64,000 bases of DNA from positions 136,241,080 through 136,305,079 of the forward strand of contig NC_077233.1 of assembly GCF_027887165.1 (NCBI RefSeq), written 5' to 3'. Shown piece by piece: positions 63,440 to 64,000 of the stretch. The DNA comes from Monodelphis domestica (lineage: Eukaryota). Each line of letters starts with the position of its first letter. Position 1 is the stretch's first letter. Position numbers and translations under genes: made by a program. The notes beneath the pieces were generated by a model. That model saw only the letters and a program-made list of their open reading frames with translations, made no database searches and was not told where the DNA came from.

Positions 63440-64000
63440 TTTTCATTTTTTTGAAAATTTTATTTAGTCAACTTAGAACATTATTTCTTGGTTACAAGAA
63501 TCATATTCTTTCCCTCCCTCCCCTCTCCCCACTCATAGCCGACATGCAATTTCACTGGGTATTACATGTGTCCTTGATCAGAACCTATTGTTGGTGTTTG
63601 CACTAGGATGACCACTTAGAGTCTACATCCCCAGCCATATCCCTTTGACCCATGTTGAAGCAGTTGTTTTTCTTCTGTGTTTCAACTCCCACAGTTTTTC
63701 CTCTGGATGTGGATAGTGTTCTTTCTTGTAGATCCCTCTGGGTTGTTCAGGGTCATTGCATGGCCACTAATGGAGAAGTCCATTACATTTGATTGTACCA
63801 CAGTGTATCAGTCTCTGTACAATGTTCTCCTGGTTCTGCTCCTCTCACTCTGCATCACTTCCTGGAGGTTGTTCCAGTCCCCATGGAATTCCTCCACTTT
63901 ATTATTCCTTTGAGCACAATAGTATTCCATCACCAACATATACCACAGTTTGTTCAGCCATTCCCCAATTGAAGGGAATCCCCTCATTTTCCAGTTTTTT
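63440..64000 (-). mobile_element. L1 3'-end fragment (continues beyond the window end)
   Basis: It is the reverse complement of the 33470-33960 family (ccatggaattcctccactttattattcctttgagcacaatagtattccatcaccaacatataccacag). Confidence 0.65.

Noticed and set aside
44000-64000. QPRT or SPN exons expected from human synteny
   Set aside because: No minus- or plus-strand ORF in this span resembles QPRT (phosphoribosyltransferase motifs) or SPN. They presumably lie beyond the window.

Overview
This window is vertebrate nuclear DNA, almost certainly from a marsupial, not a prokaryotic locus. The species call rests on more than 18 copies of opossum-type tRNA-derived SINEs (GGGGCAGCTGGGTGGCTCAGTGGATTGAGAGCCAGG... 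heads), MIR/Ther-type SINEs and marsupial L1 fragments. I found no CRISPR array, operon or defence system. The 'previously undescribed system' prompt therefore does not apply, and I am reporting what is actually there.

The window carries the marsupial counterpart of the human 16p11.2 block C16orf54 - ZG16 - KIF22.

(1) KIF22 (kinesin Kid), minus strand. Twelve coding exons lie in the window, at 25-249, 824-888, 1008-1170, 1435-1603, 3494-3623, 3766-3919, 4358-4588, 4729-4938, 5165-5319, 5830-5957, 6194-6389 and 13594-13630. Together they total 1863 nt in one continuous frame (621 aa) with GT/AG borders. The encoded protein shows the kinesin P-loop GPTGAGKT, switch [11 protein letters not shown], switch [10 protein letters not shown] and the C-terminal [26 protein letters not shown] region. 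The window begins inside the last intron, so the final coding exon is off-window. Exon 1 sits in a CpG island (about 13370-14130) with an inverted CCAAT box and a CHR-like TTCGAA upstream of the ATG.

(2) ZG16, minus strand. Three coding exons at 22269-22317, 21951-22083 and 21175-21490 encode a signal peptide plus a jacalin-type lectin. An AATAAA signal lies at 21101-21106.

(3) A 217-aa single-exon ORF at 43161-43814 (+) has one transmembrane helix and the motifs CGPCIPIML, LVWRPGGELWIEP, RERSEDWYG and GLQPRVTLEQISAFW. I interpret it as the C16orf54 orthologue.

The rest of the window is interspersed repeats and simple repeats. A degenerate L1 spans about 24.1-27.35 kb (-). Other L1 pieces, both 3' ends and ORF2 fragments, sit at 17.4, 18.4, 33.5, 44.6 and 63.4 kb. 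The simple repeats include (AT)n, (GT)n, (CA)n, (TCAT)n, (GGAA)n and long poly-C tracts.
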